IMG/VR virus record: IMGVR_UViG_3300030493_000012 | DNA: 64,000 bases | Source: a virus | Direction: 5' to 3' (one strand) | Part shown: piece by piece, positions 27,088 to 39,270 of the stretch | How positions within the stretch are numbered: position 1 is the first letter of the stretch | Layout: each line of letters starts with the position of its first letter | The notes under the pieces: model-generated | The model's database searches: none | What the model was told of the DNA's origin: nothing | What the model saw: the letters and a program-made list of their open reading frames with translations, nothing else | Program-made: the position numbers and the translations under genes

Positions 27088-28290
27088 ATTTTTGTTTTTG
27101 TTGTTGTTTAACTATGTTTATTATTGACTAAATCTTGCTCGAAGTCAACTTCTTTTTGCAGAAATTTGAGACTTCTTTGGACAAATCACCATATTTGGCA
27201 ATTAAAATCATTAGCTCGGAACTTGGGCACTTAGGACAAGTGTTAAGACCGCCTTCAAGAAAGTCCCAGCCATCCAAAAATGCTTCTTTTGTACTATTAT
27301 AAGTGCCTGAAAATCCGCACATTGCACAATTTAAACTAAAATTTTTATCCATAAACATTAAGAATACAAACCATAACCAAACTGCACATTCAATTCTTTG
27401 TTCCAATAACCATTAATAACAGGAATATCATCTTTAACAACTTTTAGTCTAATAGCCGGATTGGCAATTTGAACAAACCAAATCCACAATTTAATAAAGT
27501 CTTTTTCACCAATATAATTATCTTCGTTATTCTTGTTCCATCCATGTTGCTTAAGGATTTCTAATGCTTTCATTGGAATTAGGCAATCCTCATATTCAGT
27601 ACAAATATTAAAATCTTTGCTATCTTGGTAATCGCGTTTAATTCCTGTAAAATTCTCGTCACCGCCGTCATGATTAAAAGAAACACCTGTCATTTTGCAG
27701 CTATCCTTATATGCTTTCTGGACAACATCAACAGGCAAATTTGATTCTAAAAGAATTTTGTCAGATTTACCATGACCGTCATTTGACCAGTCACCAAGAA
27801 CTAGATACATTTTGTATTTCATAATTTTGTAACTTCGCTAAATTTAGACTTTGCCTGCTCAAGTGTCAAGTACGAAAATCCAAAATCTCCCCAAGTCGAG
27901 GAACTAGGCATACACTCGGCGGCTTCAATTTTTGTTCCAGCTATCATGTAATCTCCATGTTCCTGAACCTTAATTACTTCAAAACTTGTGTGCGAATCTT
28001 TGGTTTTGGAATAAATAGCCCAGCCATTTTTTCGGACTAATTGTTTGAAAGAATAACCTTTTTGGTCAGCGCGGCCATCAAAGTTTGTCTGTAGTATTTT
28101 CATTTCTGTTAATTACGATTTAGGCAGCGGAAAAAGCTGGCATTTATATTTTTGTTCTTTGTCGTAAAAGTGAATCCGAAAAGTATCATTGTCAGGCAAA
28201 GTAACATCCACTAGTCTGCATCCCTCTTCTAGGTGCTTAAAAGCCAAGTCAATCAAGAATTTAGGACGTTTGGTGTATTTTTCAGCCATA

Positions 28291-28656
28291 CTATTCTACT
28301 TTCTTGATAAGTTTGACGGCATCACAAAAGATAGTCCCGCTAACTGCTTTATCTGCATAGCCTTTAACTGATTCTTTTCTATTTTTAGCGGCCCAAAAAT
28401 CTTCAATGCAAGATACAAATGTGGCCATATATTTTGCTTTAGAAGGATTAACAACTTCGCACTCAAATATTTTGTCCCAATCTTTATAAGCGAAATCCTT
28501 GGCGGATTCAAGGTTATCGAAAACAAACAACTTCGAGTTTTTTAGTGTCGGATAGACAAATTCGCCAATTTTATACTTAATTGAAAATCCGTCCCATTCT
28601 GACGCTCTTGCAGAGTCCAGAAACTTATTAACTACTTTATAATATTTTTCAGCCAT
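28291..28656 (-). CDS. Paralog family X member
   Basis: YYKVV...KYKIGEFVYPTLKNSKLFVFDNLESAKDFA...IFECEVVNP...GTIFCDAVKLIKKV. Confidence 0.75.
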   Translation of the reverse strand: MAEKYYKVVNKFLDSARASEWDGFSIKYKIGEFVYPTLKNSKLFVFDNLESAKDFAYKDWDKIFECEVVNPSKAKYMATFVSCIEDFWAAKNRKESVKGYADKAVSGTIFCDAVKLIKKVE

Positions 28657-28657
28657 A

Positions 28658-29038
28658 CTAAATAATTTCTCTTGTTAGCTTGACTGCATCACAAAAAATA
28701 GTGCCTTCAATTGCTTGTTCCGCGACTCTCTTTAAAGACTTTTTCTTACTTTTCAAATCCCAAAATCTTTCTACATTTGTAAAAAATCCAGATATATACT
28801 TTGCCTTGACCGGATTAATAACTTCACACTCAAATATCTTTTCTGAATAATTGGCAAAACTTCGTGCTGCTTCCAGATTGTCAAAAACAAACAGTTTTGA
28901 ATTTCTTTGTGTCGGATAAGCAAATTTGCCAATCTCATACTTGACTGAAAAATAAAACTTTTCGGGCCAAAGTGACGCCCTTGCTGAGCATCGGCTTTGA
29001 TTAGTAACTTTATAGTATTTTTGCATATAATTAAACAA
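28658..29038 (-). CDS. Paralog family X member (tandem duplicate of 28291..28656)
   Basis: YYKVT...KYEIGKFAYPTQRNSKLFVFDNLEAARSFA...IFECEVINP...GTIFCDAVKL. Confidence 0.75.
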   Translation of the reverse strand: MFNYMQKYYKVTNQSRCSARASLWPEKFYFSVKYEIGKFAYPTQRNSKLFVFDNLEAARSFANYSEKIFECEVINPVKAKYISGFFTNVERFWDLKSKKKSLKRVAEQAIEGTIFCDAVKLTREII

Positions 29039-30188
29039 TATTTACATTTTGAATCTGCCTTTTTCGTTGTCCCGTGACGCCATTAATAACTTCATCACTA
29101 GGCTTATTATGACCTTTTTGGTGCGCCAATGCAAGCGAAGATTGATAAAAATATTTTTCTAGCATTTTAGGTGTTGTCCAGCAATAACATACAATTGGAA
29201 AGCCGCCAACATCTCGCGCCCAAGAGCAACCTTGATTTGTAGCTCCGAAGTTAAAAAACGAATAACTCTGATAAACCAACCTTTCAAAATTATCACCGCC
29301 AGCACCTAGTACGATTTTCTTGCCGATTTGTTGTTTTATTAGTTTCATATTTTATAAGACCTATTCCGAATACTTTTCTGTGATTTCATGGCCCAAATGC
29401 TTGGTTATTGCTTGAATATCAGGAAATTGAAAAATAACCTCTTTTTTATTAGCGTCTCTAATAACCTTCAAAGACTCATGCAGAAACATTTCGCGCTCAC
29501 CAGTTCCAAAAGAGGCATATTGTTTGCACCACTTAATCATACACAAATGACCATTTTCAAGCTCGCCCTTCCAGCTATGAACCGGGCCAAATTCAGGATG
29601 GTTTATTTCTTCTATCTTTGTAAGGCAAGTAATTTTCATGAATTAACAGTAAAAGAAATAGCTCCAGACTCTTCATTATTCTTAACTTCTGGCTCTGCAA
29701 CCGCTTGGCTATCAAACAGAACGCCATATTTTAGGCTAACCTCTATAAGAGCATCTTCTTTGAACAAACTATTAAGGTCAGAAAGTTTGACCAGAACAGT
29801 TTTTGGTTTGTTTTTACTTCCGGCGATTCTCATATTTTTTAAGCAACACTAAACATTATAATTAACAATAAACAGCCAGCCAAACACAATGTCCACAAAG
29901 GCCAAGCCGCATATAGAAGAGCAATAGCTATTAGAAAAGCCATAAATAACAAAGTTCCTGCGGCAAATTTTAGATATTCTTTTGTTTTCATTTGACAATA
30001 CAGCCTTCAAAGCGGCGATATTTTCTGATTCTGAATTTGGAACCGGGATTCATTCCTTCGGCTGTCAATAAGAGATATTCGGCGTAGCGAATTGTTCTGG
30101 CGAACTCTCCCTGAGAATAATTCGGAAGTTTCCATCTTTTTTGATTTTTATTGTATTCTTGTATAATATAAAATACCATAGTTTTAGT

Positions 30189-31142
30189 TTAGACTTTCGG
30201 AACTAATGAGTCAATCAATTTCTGACCAAAATTCGTAATTTCCCGGCGACCGTCAATTTTGATAAGATTTTCTGACAATAAAAATTGCTCAATATCTTTT
30301 CGGACAGTAGAAACATCCAATCTAAGTTTTGCGCCAATGGCTGTAAGTGTTTGTGGCCCACGATTTTTGAGAAAACTTAAAAGTTCGATTTCATTACTTG
30401 TCAAACCTAAAGGCTTGATATTGAGAATACTTTTTAAATCAGACCATTCTTTAGCTCCAAAACTATCTTTCTTATTTTGAGCGCAATACTGCTGAATATC
30501 CTTTGAGATTTTGACAATTTCTCGCGGAGATTGGCGGCTGATAGGAATAATTTCCTCAATAACATTATCCTGCAAATTAATAGTTTTAAGATGTTTAAGT
30601 AGAATATCGCCAAGGTCAGAAAATGAATAAGGTTCTAATTCAATTCTTTTAAGCCTAGACAACAAAGGTTTTGATAACTCTTCTGGGTTTGTGCTAACCA
30701 TTATCAGTGAAAATTGCGTGAAATTAAATTCGAAAACCTCGCCGCCATGTGCGGCTGTAGTAGTATTATTTTCATTAGGCTGCAAAACAGAAAGCATCCA
30801 ATCTTTAACTTCGGACTCACTTGAATGACACTCATCCCAAACCAACGTAACCTGTTTACCATTAGCCACGTGCGGAATAATTATGTTATCTACTAAACCT
30901 TTAACCTTCTTAACTGACGCTCCATTAATTTCAATCCAAGGTTTTGTTTGTTTGGTGGTTGGGTCAATTAGATTTTTGGCAATAATTCGCGCCATCTCAG
31001 TTTTACCAGAGCCTCTTTGTGAAGTCAAAAGCAAAGGCGGCAAAATACCATTTGTTCGCTGGCCTTCAATATAAAAATTTACGCCGCGACGAGTATTTGA
31101 CTGGCCAATAAAACCTTGACCTAGATAGTCTGTTTGTGTCAT
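30189..31142 (-). CDS. ruvB: RuvB-like AAA+ Holliday-junction branch-migration ATPase
   Basis: Walker A GSGKT, Walker B LVWDECH, LSKPLLSRL, C-terminal winged helix LGLT...GPQTL...DIEQFLL...GRREIT. Confidence 0.75.
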   Translation of the reverse strand: MTQTDYLGQGFIGQSNTRRGVNFYIEGQRTNGILPPLLLTSQRGSGKTEMARIIAKNLIDPTTKQTKPWIEINGASVKKVKGLVDNIIIPHVANGKQVTLVWDECHSSESEVKDWMLSVLQPNENNTTTAAHGGEVFEFNFTQFSLIMVSTNPEELSKPLLSRLKRIELEPYSFSDLGDILLKHLKTINLQDNVIEEIIPISRQSPREIVKISKDIQQYCAQNKKDSFGAKEWSDLKSILNIKPLGLTSNEIELLSFLKNRGPQTLTAIGAKLRLDVSTVRKDIEQFLLSENLIKIDGRREITNFGQKLIDSLVPKV

Positions 31143-31148
31143 GTTTTA

Positions 31149-31177
31149 AGTCTAACTTTTCGGAACATACTTGTCAA
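31149..31177 (-). promoter_or_regulatory. Leaderless promoter of ruvB-like gene
   Basis: TTGACA-N17(contains TTCCGAA)-TAGACT-N6-ATG(31142); upstream TAG stop abuts the -35 box. Confidence 0.75.
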
Positions 31178-33082
31178 CTAAAAACCAAAAATACCTAGGT
31201 CAACTTTAAAAATAAGACTAAAAAGAACTGAAAACAAACAATATGCCACAAAAAGAAACAGTGCCTGAGAAAAACACCAAAAGAAACATTTAGTTACACA
31301 ACCAATATCCTCTTCAATAATTTGTCCAGATGTGCCGACCATCGCAAAAGCGACGGCCAAAATAAGTAGTACGAAAATAATAATAAAAGCCATAAATTTA
31401 ACTCCAATAACTACTCAAATACCAACTTGGGCCAGATTCAAATTTTAGATTATATTGAGCGCAAAAGTCAAGGAGTTTTTGCTTGTCTGACTCTTTAACG
31501 TTCAAAGATTCTGGCTCAATTTCTAAAGGATAACCTCGGCTGCATGAAATAAACGTGCTTTTTACCGCCAAAATATACATAGGACAATCGCCGCTACAAT
31601 AGTTTACAAGTTCAAAAATAAGGGGATTCTTTTCCTTCCACTCTCTTTTTTGCTGGCAGTACCATTTGAAAGTTTCTTCATCGGGTCTAATTCCATTAAT
31701 ATATTCGCCGTTTTCGTCATAAATTTCAGCAATCGGAATGAATGGCTTAATCTCCTTATAGTACCATTCTTCAACGCCATCAAATCTTCCCCAAGGAAAT
31801 TCGTAACCATCTTCAAACACAACACCGTAACAAATTTGACCATCAGTTGAGACGCTCATAATTTTAGTTTTTTATTAGATTATTTAATTCAAATTTCAAA
31901 GCCTCAAAGTCTTCTTTTTCAAAATCGTTATATGTAAATTCGCCGCCAACATGTTTAATTTCTAGTTCTTTTTTGTTTTTGTAATGAATAAGTCCGCAAA
32001 TCTTGTCAACAAACCAAATGTCGCCATAAATAGTTAGAGTTTTCATCTTTTGTTAATCTAGGTCGCCGTTGGCTTCGATTTTGCCATTTTCGTAACTTTC
32101 TGCCTTGCGCCTATAAAATTCCAATTTAACATTTTCAAGGATTCCAACTATATCATTGATTGTCTGGTAATTTTTGTCTATCCTAAAAAGCTCCCAAAGC
32201 ATGGACGAAATCAAATAATTTAATTCGCCAGCAGTTGGCCGTTTGGTCTTAAGAACTTCTTGAAATTCATCAAGCGTTTTTTCGTACAAAACTCGGCTTT
32301 TAGAATCAATGTAAGGCATATTGTTGTATTTAAAGGTTTGAGACAGAACCGCTTACTTCATTTTTTGGTCTCAGAATTTCCATAATTTTATCAAAAGGAA
32401 CAGTTACGCGCACAGCTTTAACTGATTCAAATTCGCCGCACTTATTGTATTCTTCTAGTTGTTTTTCTAGCCATTCAGGATTGTCATCAAAGCCAAATTC
32501 ATCATAGGCATCTAAAGTTTCAGGTGCATATTCACCATCATATTTTTCTTTGCGTTGAGCGATGATTGCAATTATGGTATAAGTGTTCATTGTTTTTACT
32601 TGATTTGAATAGCTTTTTTGTTCAAAACTTCTAAATTAGAATCTTTGTCCGAAAAGGGAATGTAATTAGTTTCTACCTTGGTAACAACTGCTTTTGTCAC
32701 CGCTGGAAAACCTACCATATTCGCGGCCAAAGATATAGCGTCTCTAGGCCCAAACTGTGTTTCTATGTCAACTTCAATAAAGAGTCTTGTTTTGTAGAAT
32801 GGTTTGTTCATAATTTAAGGATAAACTTTCGGAACTCGAAAGTCAAGGCTTTCTTCTGGTCGCTGGTGATTTTGATTTAACCATATTGTTTTTCCGGTTT
32901 TCAAGGAATGTTTTGGTGACGCTATGACTTCGTGTTTTGGATTTACTATTAATAATCTCTAAACCAACAGATTTTGCTGAGTCAGAGAGTTTAGAGACCA
33001 ATTTTTTTTGATTGACAGCGGTTTCTTGCGACATCAATCCTAAAATAGCCGCATCCTTTGGTGTTATCCAAGCGGTTTCCAT
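31178..33082 (-). other. Block of small hypothetical ORFs
   Basis: ORF track; promoter at 32818-32846. Confidence 0.65.
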
Positions 33083-34138
33083 TTATTGTTTATAATTCTG
33101 ATTAATAACTTTAACCGACCATTCTTTCTGTAATTTATCTGAATAAAAAGGCTCGACGCTTCTGATAACAATTCCTTCGCCTGCCGCGCCATTTGGATAT
33201 TTTACATTATTCGCAATTTGTTGGAAATACTCAACATTATGAATTTCTGGATTAAAATCCTCAATACCAATAACATCAACCATTTTTAGGCCAATCTTAT
33301 TACAGAATTCAACCATAGCATCCAAACCTAAATACTTTCGAGTATCAATATTGAAAATATTAAAAATATGAAATTCCGTGTCTGTTAGTCCAAGCCTGTT
33401 ACCGTTGAACTTGACACCCGTAGTTTCACCTTGAATAATCCAGTTGCCGCCATAATTAGTCATTTTGTTTTTAATATCAAACTTATCAGATACCAACCAA
33501 GGATAGCCATTACCTTCCTTCATTGACAGAGAGCGAGAGCAAGCCTGAAAATCTCCATTATTGTAAACAAAACTTGTGCTACTCCCGTCCCGCTTAATAC
33601 TTAGATAGATTTTTTTACCAATTAGCTCGTCCAAAACACCTTTTCGGCAAGATAGTAAGTTAGTTTCATCGGTTTTTCGGAAGCCAATAGCCGTTGGCAA
33701 ACCGCCCCGCGCTTCACCTTGTAGTTTAATATCTAATGGCTTTTCATAATAAGCGGTTTTGGTAATTTCAGTTATATCGTCACCAATATTAAAACTCTCT
33801 GGATTTTGACCATAAAACTCTAAAACAGAGGTAGGCACAACCAAACCTTGACTATAAACACCGCGCAATCTTGCTGTCCAAACTTTGAATTTGCGTGGCT
33901 CTAAAAATGCAAAAGCCGGGTTTTCCTTGTCAACAATACTATCAATGCAAATATAGACAACCTTCTCGTCTATCTTAAATTCATCTTTTTTAACAACACA
34001 TTTCCAAGAATTTTCATTTAATGAAGCCAAAACTATTTTGTCGGCATCAGGTATTGGCTCTAAGCCTTTGATAGTACAAATGGTGGCCAAATTTTTAGGC
34101 CAAGGTTCTGTTTTAATGCTTATATCGGTAATATTCAT
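33083..34138 (-). CDS. RNA ligase, DRB0094/Rnl2-like, with N-terminal OB-like domain
   Basis: LEPIPDADKI; motif I KRDGSS; QGE; FHIFNI; GEGIVIR; SVKVIN; own promoter 34145-34173. Confidence 0.85.
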   Translation of the reverse strand: MNITDISIKTEPWPKNLATICTIKGLEPIPDADKIVLASLNENSWKCVVKKDEFKIDEKVVYICIDSIVDKENPAFAFLEPRKFKVWTARLRGVYSQGLVVPTSVLEFYGQNPESFNIGDDITEITKTAYYEKPLDIKLQGEARGGLPTAIGFRKTDETNLLSCRKGVLDELIGKKIYLSIKRDGSSTSFVYNNGDFQACSRSLSMKEGNGYPWLVSDKFDIKNKMTNYGGNWIIQGETTGVKFNGNRLGLTDTEFHIFNIFNIDTRKYLGLDAMVEFCNKIGLKMVDVIGIEDFNPEIHNVEYFQQIANNVKYPNGAAGEGIVIRSVEPFYSDKLQKEWSVKVINQNYKQ

Positions 34139-34169
34139 GGTTCAAGAATAGGTTTTTATGCTCAAAATG

Positions 34170-36654
34170 TCAATACTCAATTAGCCTACCATTACAATCA
34201 TATTCTTGTAATATTTGTTTGGCTTTTTGAATCTCTTTTTGCTTCTTTTTCTCTCTTTTTTCTTGTTCGATTTTGTTTAGCTGCCTTTTCCGAATATCAA
34301 TTTGTTTTTGTAAAGCCTCTGGTACTTGACAGGATACCATCAGCCGATTATTGCGTTTCTCATTTCCGACAATTTCATCAATAATAGAAATCTTTACCTT
34401 TCCTTCTTTAACGTCAGCAATAGAAATCGGAACGCATTGAGTATAAACATTGAAATAATAATAGGTATCAGCCACAACAACCTCTTCTGTCTTTTGTGGA
34501 ATCTCGGATTTGAGAATAAAGCCCCAGTGTTCAGCTATTTTCTTAAAAATCTTGTTGTCTCGGAGCTTACCAATAAATTCATGAGCTACAGATTCAATCT
34601 GACTTTCTGACATTTTTTCGTCAATATCAAAAACATCAATTTTTACCTCACCGTCTTCGTAATTACTTCCGTCACAATATGCATCAATAATTTTCATAAT
34701 TAATAAATATCTTCAATAAAATTCCATTCAATTAACTGCAAATGACCAATCTTGCCAATCAAAACTCCTTTTTCTACAATTTCCTGAACAGGATGTTCTT
34801 GCCTTATGTCTCGTCCTAATTTTTGTGCTAATGTACTATTTTGAGAATTAAAACAAATAACGACTCTTAAATTTGAATGAGGATAACCAAGTTGTTCTGC
34901 TTTGTTGATTAGTTTATTCATTATAACCATTTTCGTTATAATCCCACTCAACACAAGGAAATTTTCGGCCTAAACCATCTGTAACTTCAATCCAATTTTC
35001 AGGCTTTTCTGCCTCTGGACTATTTCTATCAATTCCGTCTTTTAGCTCTTCGTTACAAGAACAACCGCGAGGCACACAATCATCGCAACAAAATCTATCT
35101 GATTCTTCCATTCCAGATGGCACAAAACACCAAATTGCCATTTTGCCACATTTGCAAAGCTTGTTCATTTTCTTAATATTCAAACTTAGAGCACCGAATA
35201 TATAGAGGAATAAAGCCAAGCAAGAACCAACCTTCATAGATTCTTGTTTCTTCTACCCTATCGCAACGGCGATTAAGTTTTTCGACCTTCCAGATTTTCT
35301 TAATTATCATAGTTTATCCTGAATTGATTTTAGACCAATCGCTCAAATCAAACAAGCTTTTTCCTTCAAAATCGGTTGTGGCTCTGACACTTTTGTTAGC
35401 CCAAAGAGTCAAGGCTTTATTTGCGGCATTAATTTGTTTTTTGTTCTCCAAAGAAAAATTGTAACTAATATTAGCCGCCAAATTTTCCAAACAAACTTCA
35501 TGTTTGACAAAATCAACTGCTTTAAGACAAATCTGGTCTTTCTTGAAAAAGTCCAGCCATGCAATTAGAGTCCAAATTTCTTCAATATTCTTCATTATTA
35601 AATCCCTCTCTTCGCCGCCGTTTATCAACTTTTCTGTCTAAATTTCTTTTAGTTGTGCGGCTGATTTTGTTCTGCATGTGCCTGCCCCAGCCACCTTTAA
35701 TAAAAGCATCTTTCTTATGTCCTGCCATATTTTATTGATTAATAAACTCCAAAAGATACACAAAATCTTCTTTGGTCAACGATTGCAACGCACACAACAT
35801 AAACAGATTTTCATTTGTTGGTGATTCATTGTAGATTTTATCAATATCTCGCATAATATTGTAATACTGTTTTTCTGGTTGTCCTTTGTTTATTGCGTCG
35901 GCAACCTTTCTCACAAAAGAATACCAAATATTGACGCCAAAATCAATATTAATCATTTTCCAAAGCATCGTGGCAAGAGGCGAGTCCATTCCTTTTCTAA
36001 AAAAAGTATGGATTCCTTGTGAAATTTCGCACTCTTTCTCTGTAAGGTTTTCCTGTTTTGTCAAGGAATTAAGATATTCCTGCAAATCACTGACCGCGCC
36101 AGAAACTTTTGATTTCACACTATGCTCCTGTGAGGAAGCTATCGCATATCCAAGTTTTTCAATCGCAGAACCAATATTAAGTTGTTTTTCGTCCATATTC
36201 TAAGATTAGTCTTTCTCGCCGCCCAAGTCAACAGCATTTTGACAAAAATATCCAATTCCAGCAAAACTTTCCTCTTTATTCTGTAAAGTCCGAAACCAGA
36301 CTTCTTTACCATTAACAAAGGTGACTTGGACAATCAGCCACAAACATCCAATGTATAATTTATATTGCCGACCTATTGCTGGTGTATCAATCATAATTTT
36401 ATTCAATATTTTTGCACTGGCGCACAACCAACATAAAAAGTAACTGGCTTATCGCCTTTAATCTTAAAATATTTATAAGACTTTGGTTTAGAAGAGCATA
36501 CGGCTGTAAGTTTTCCAAAAGGCCTATCTATAGATAAAACCTGAGTGCTAAATAAACTGTTTCGATTTTTGTTGTTGAAACAATAGATTCTGTCGCCTGT
36601 TTTTAGATTATTAAACTGTTGTTTGGTCATAATTAAATAAAATTCAAAATCCAA
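34170..36654 (-). other. Block of hypothetical ORFs
   Basis: ORF track. Confidence 0.6.
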
Positions 36655-37082
36655 AGTTGACTGCGGAACATTGCGTCTTTGAGCTTTTCTTTCTTAAACC
36701 ACCTATAAAGCGTTATCTCAGGCAATCCAACATCTTCCGAAAATGTCGAGCATTTCAAGTTTGTTGTTAGATTGGCAATGCATGAATCTGGTAATTCTAA
36801 TAAATAAACATAGACTATCTTTTCATATCTCTTTTTCTTAACGCTATATTTGCAAAGCAATTTCTCACAATGTCGGCGGCTAATTACTTTTTTCTTCAAC
36901 AAGTCGTCAATATTGATAAAACTTTCTTCAAAAAGCTCCCTCTTAGCTGTTTCAATTAAAGACTCTCCTTTATGCTGACCACCCTTAAAAATTGACCAAA
37001 ATATGCTATGGAACGGTCTTCCTAAAAGGAAATAATCATTGTTTTTTACTAAATAACCGGCTGATATTTTCAAATTCTTCAC
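36633..37082 (-). CDS. NUDIX hydrolase
   Basis: Nudix box KGGQHKGESLIETAKRELFEES. Confidence 0.85.
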   Translation of the reverse strand: MKNLKISAGYLVKNNDYFLLGRPFHSIFWSIFKGGQHKGESLIETAKRELFEESFINIDDLLKKKVISRRHCEKLLCKYSVKKKRYEKIVYVYLLELPDSCIANLTTNLKCSTFSEDVGLPEITLYRWFKKEKLKDAMFRSQLWILNFI

Positions 37083-37837
37083 AATTTAACCTTAATCCAG
37101 TTGCTCTCGCTATGCCAAACCAAGCATTTCCAGCTAACAACATATCTGTTAGGCTCAGCCACATAAAGATATTGGCGACCATTAATTTCAAAATCAACAA
37201 TTTGCTCAGGAACAGCTTTTCTGGAGTAATTTTCGTACAAATATGAGGCTATTTTGTGAGTTAGTATTCTTTGGCATTTATATTTTAGTCCAGAAACAAA
37301 TTCGTGCTTTTGGCTGGCTTGATAATGAGCTTGCCCTAATTCAAAATTGAGTTTAGTTTCAGGCTCTTTAACCCAATCAAAACTTATACCATCCATTTTC
37401 TGTCCATAATACTCGCTATTGCTAACCTTATATAGCCAAAAATTCTTGTCTTCGTGAACAAAAAACTTGTGTGTAGGCTGGCAATGTGCTTTTCGCTCTT
37501 TTGTTCCGGCAATAGCCTTAAAAGTTTCCTGCCATTTTTGAGTATAAGGCTCGACTTTTAAACATAAATGATGATAGATAAACTCAATCTCTGAAATTGA
37601 CCGGCTCTTTTTTATAGCATGGCCAGCAACTCTCTCTACAGAATTCAACCAATCCATTCTTTTTTGTGAATAATCTGTCATATCAATGATTGCCTTTATT
37701 TTTAAACCAATCTTTTATGAAATCATAAACTAAGTAAAATCCAATAAATCCAGTTAAGGAAAATATCAAAAATGTTGTCAATAAAACAATAATTAGTGTT
37801 TTCAATAATCTAAGTATATGGTTTTAGAACGAAAATG

Positions 37838-38299
37838 TCAACAATATTGTTCAATTTGGCCATTCCAATTGCTGTAATAAACACTTTTAAATGGAAAATA
37901 AGCAATCAAATTACGACAAAAATTACAAGGCCGCGCAAATGAAACCTCATTATTTCTATTTATTCTAACATTAAAAAGAACACAGTCTTTGGTTCTAATA
38001 TTAGTTAAATTTCTAAGTTTATTTATCGCAGAAAGCTCGCTACAGACGCCCTTCCAATCAAGAATATCTTTGTTTTTGCCTCTGTTGAAATTAAGCAAAT
38101 TAATAGGTGAAGTCTTGATGCTATTCTTACCAATCGAAACAACTCGGCTTTTTGACATTATAATCGAAAAATGCTGGCAACGCATTGTCGAATAAGGGTC
38201 ATAAAGAGCCTTAGCAATTTCGATGCTTTTGTTAAAATTATCAATAATAGCCATTTTACACGATTTTCCAAATTGTTTTTGAAACGGTTTGCGGCTCAA
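37838..38299 (-). CDS. CMP/dCMP (cytidine) deaminase-like zinc protein
   Basis: HFSIIM...VSIGKN...VCSELSAI...ARPCNFC (CxE and PCxxC). Confidence 0.7.
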   Translation of the reverse strand: MSRKPFQKQFGKSCKMAIIDNFNKSIEIAKALYDPYSTMRCQHFSIIMSKSRVVSIGKNSIKTSPINLLNFNRGKNKDILDWKGVCSELSAINKLRNLTNIRTKDCVLFNVRINRNNEVSFARPCNFCRNLIAYFPFKSVYYSNWNGQIEQYC

Positions 38300-39270
38300 C
38301 TAGATACGCATGAAACCTATTTCCAACATCATAAAAGCAGTCTCCGAAAGCTTCTATCTTCCAAAATTTTCCAGTTTTAATTTCTTTATAGACAGCGAAT
38401 CCATAATAACCATTAACCAAAAAAGTTTCATCAGCAATTTCAGTTTCTTTGGCCAGCCATTCTTTTAATTCTTTGATTGAATCAAATGTTTTGTTCATAT
38501 CAATAAATAGGCTCGCCGTCAGGAAAAACCCAACTTTCGGTAATAACAACAATTTTATTTACTTTTCGTACTGTGAATTTGTTTTTATTGCCAAAATCGT
38601 GCGAATATTTTGAACCATTGTAACTATTATGCGTTTCTACCATCCAAAAAAGTCCTTCTGATTCAAAAATGTCATATCCATTTTCGTTACCGTCTTTATC
38701 GCAATGAAAATTGTAGTCAACTAATGTAGCGGTTTTAGTCCAATCAAGAAGTTCTTGTTCCGAGTAAAATATTTTATTCATGTATCCTAGAATAAACTTT
38801 CTTAACAGGCTTGTCAATACCAACTCCCGCTTCTTTCAAAATTTCCCGCGCCTTAATTAACAAAATTTGTTTTTCTTTGTTTGAAAGATGGTGCTTTCGC
38901 ACTTCTAATTCATCAGCAACTTGCCTAAATCTGTCCATTACTGTATTGTATTCTTTGTTTTTCATCTTTAATGAGTTTTGTTGTTTCTCAAATTTGCGAT
39001 TTCTTGATTTTTGGCTTTTAGCTCGGCTTGGAGGCTAATCAATTCTTTATATCGCTTATCCGAAACAATCCAAGTTTGAATTGTATTTTGTGCTTGGTCT
39101 AGTTTTTGTGTTAGTCTATTAATTTCAAAACCAGCGTCCGTTAAATCTTGCTTTAAATCGTCAAACTTATCAGCCGCATCCATTAAATTTTTATATGTAT
39201 CACTCAAATAACCAAAATTTTTCTTGGCTATTTCTCTCAAAATTCCACTAAAGTTTCTTTCCATAGTCTA

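Larger units (their letters stand above)
27128..29833 (-). other. Block of small hypothetical ORFs including two family X paralogs
   Basis: ORF track, tightly packed with overlapping stop/start codons. Confidence 0.65.
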
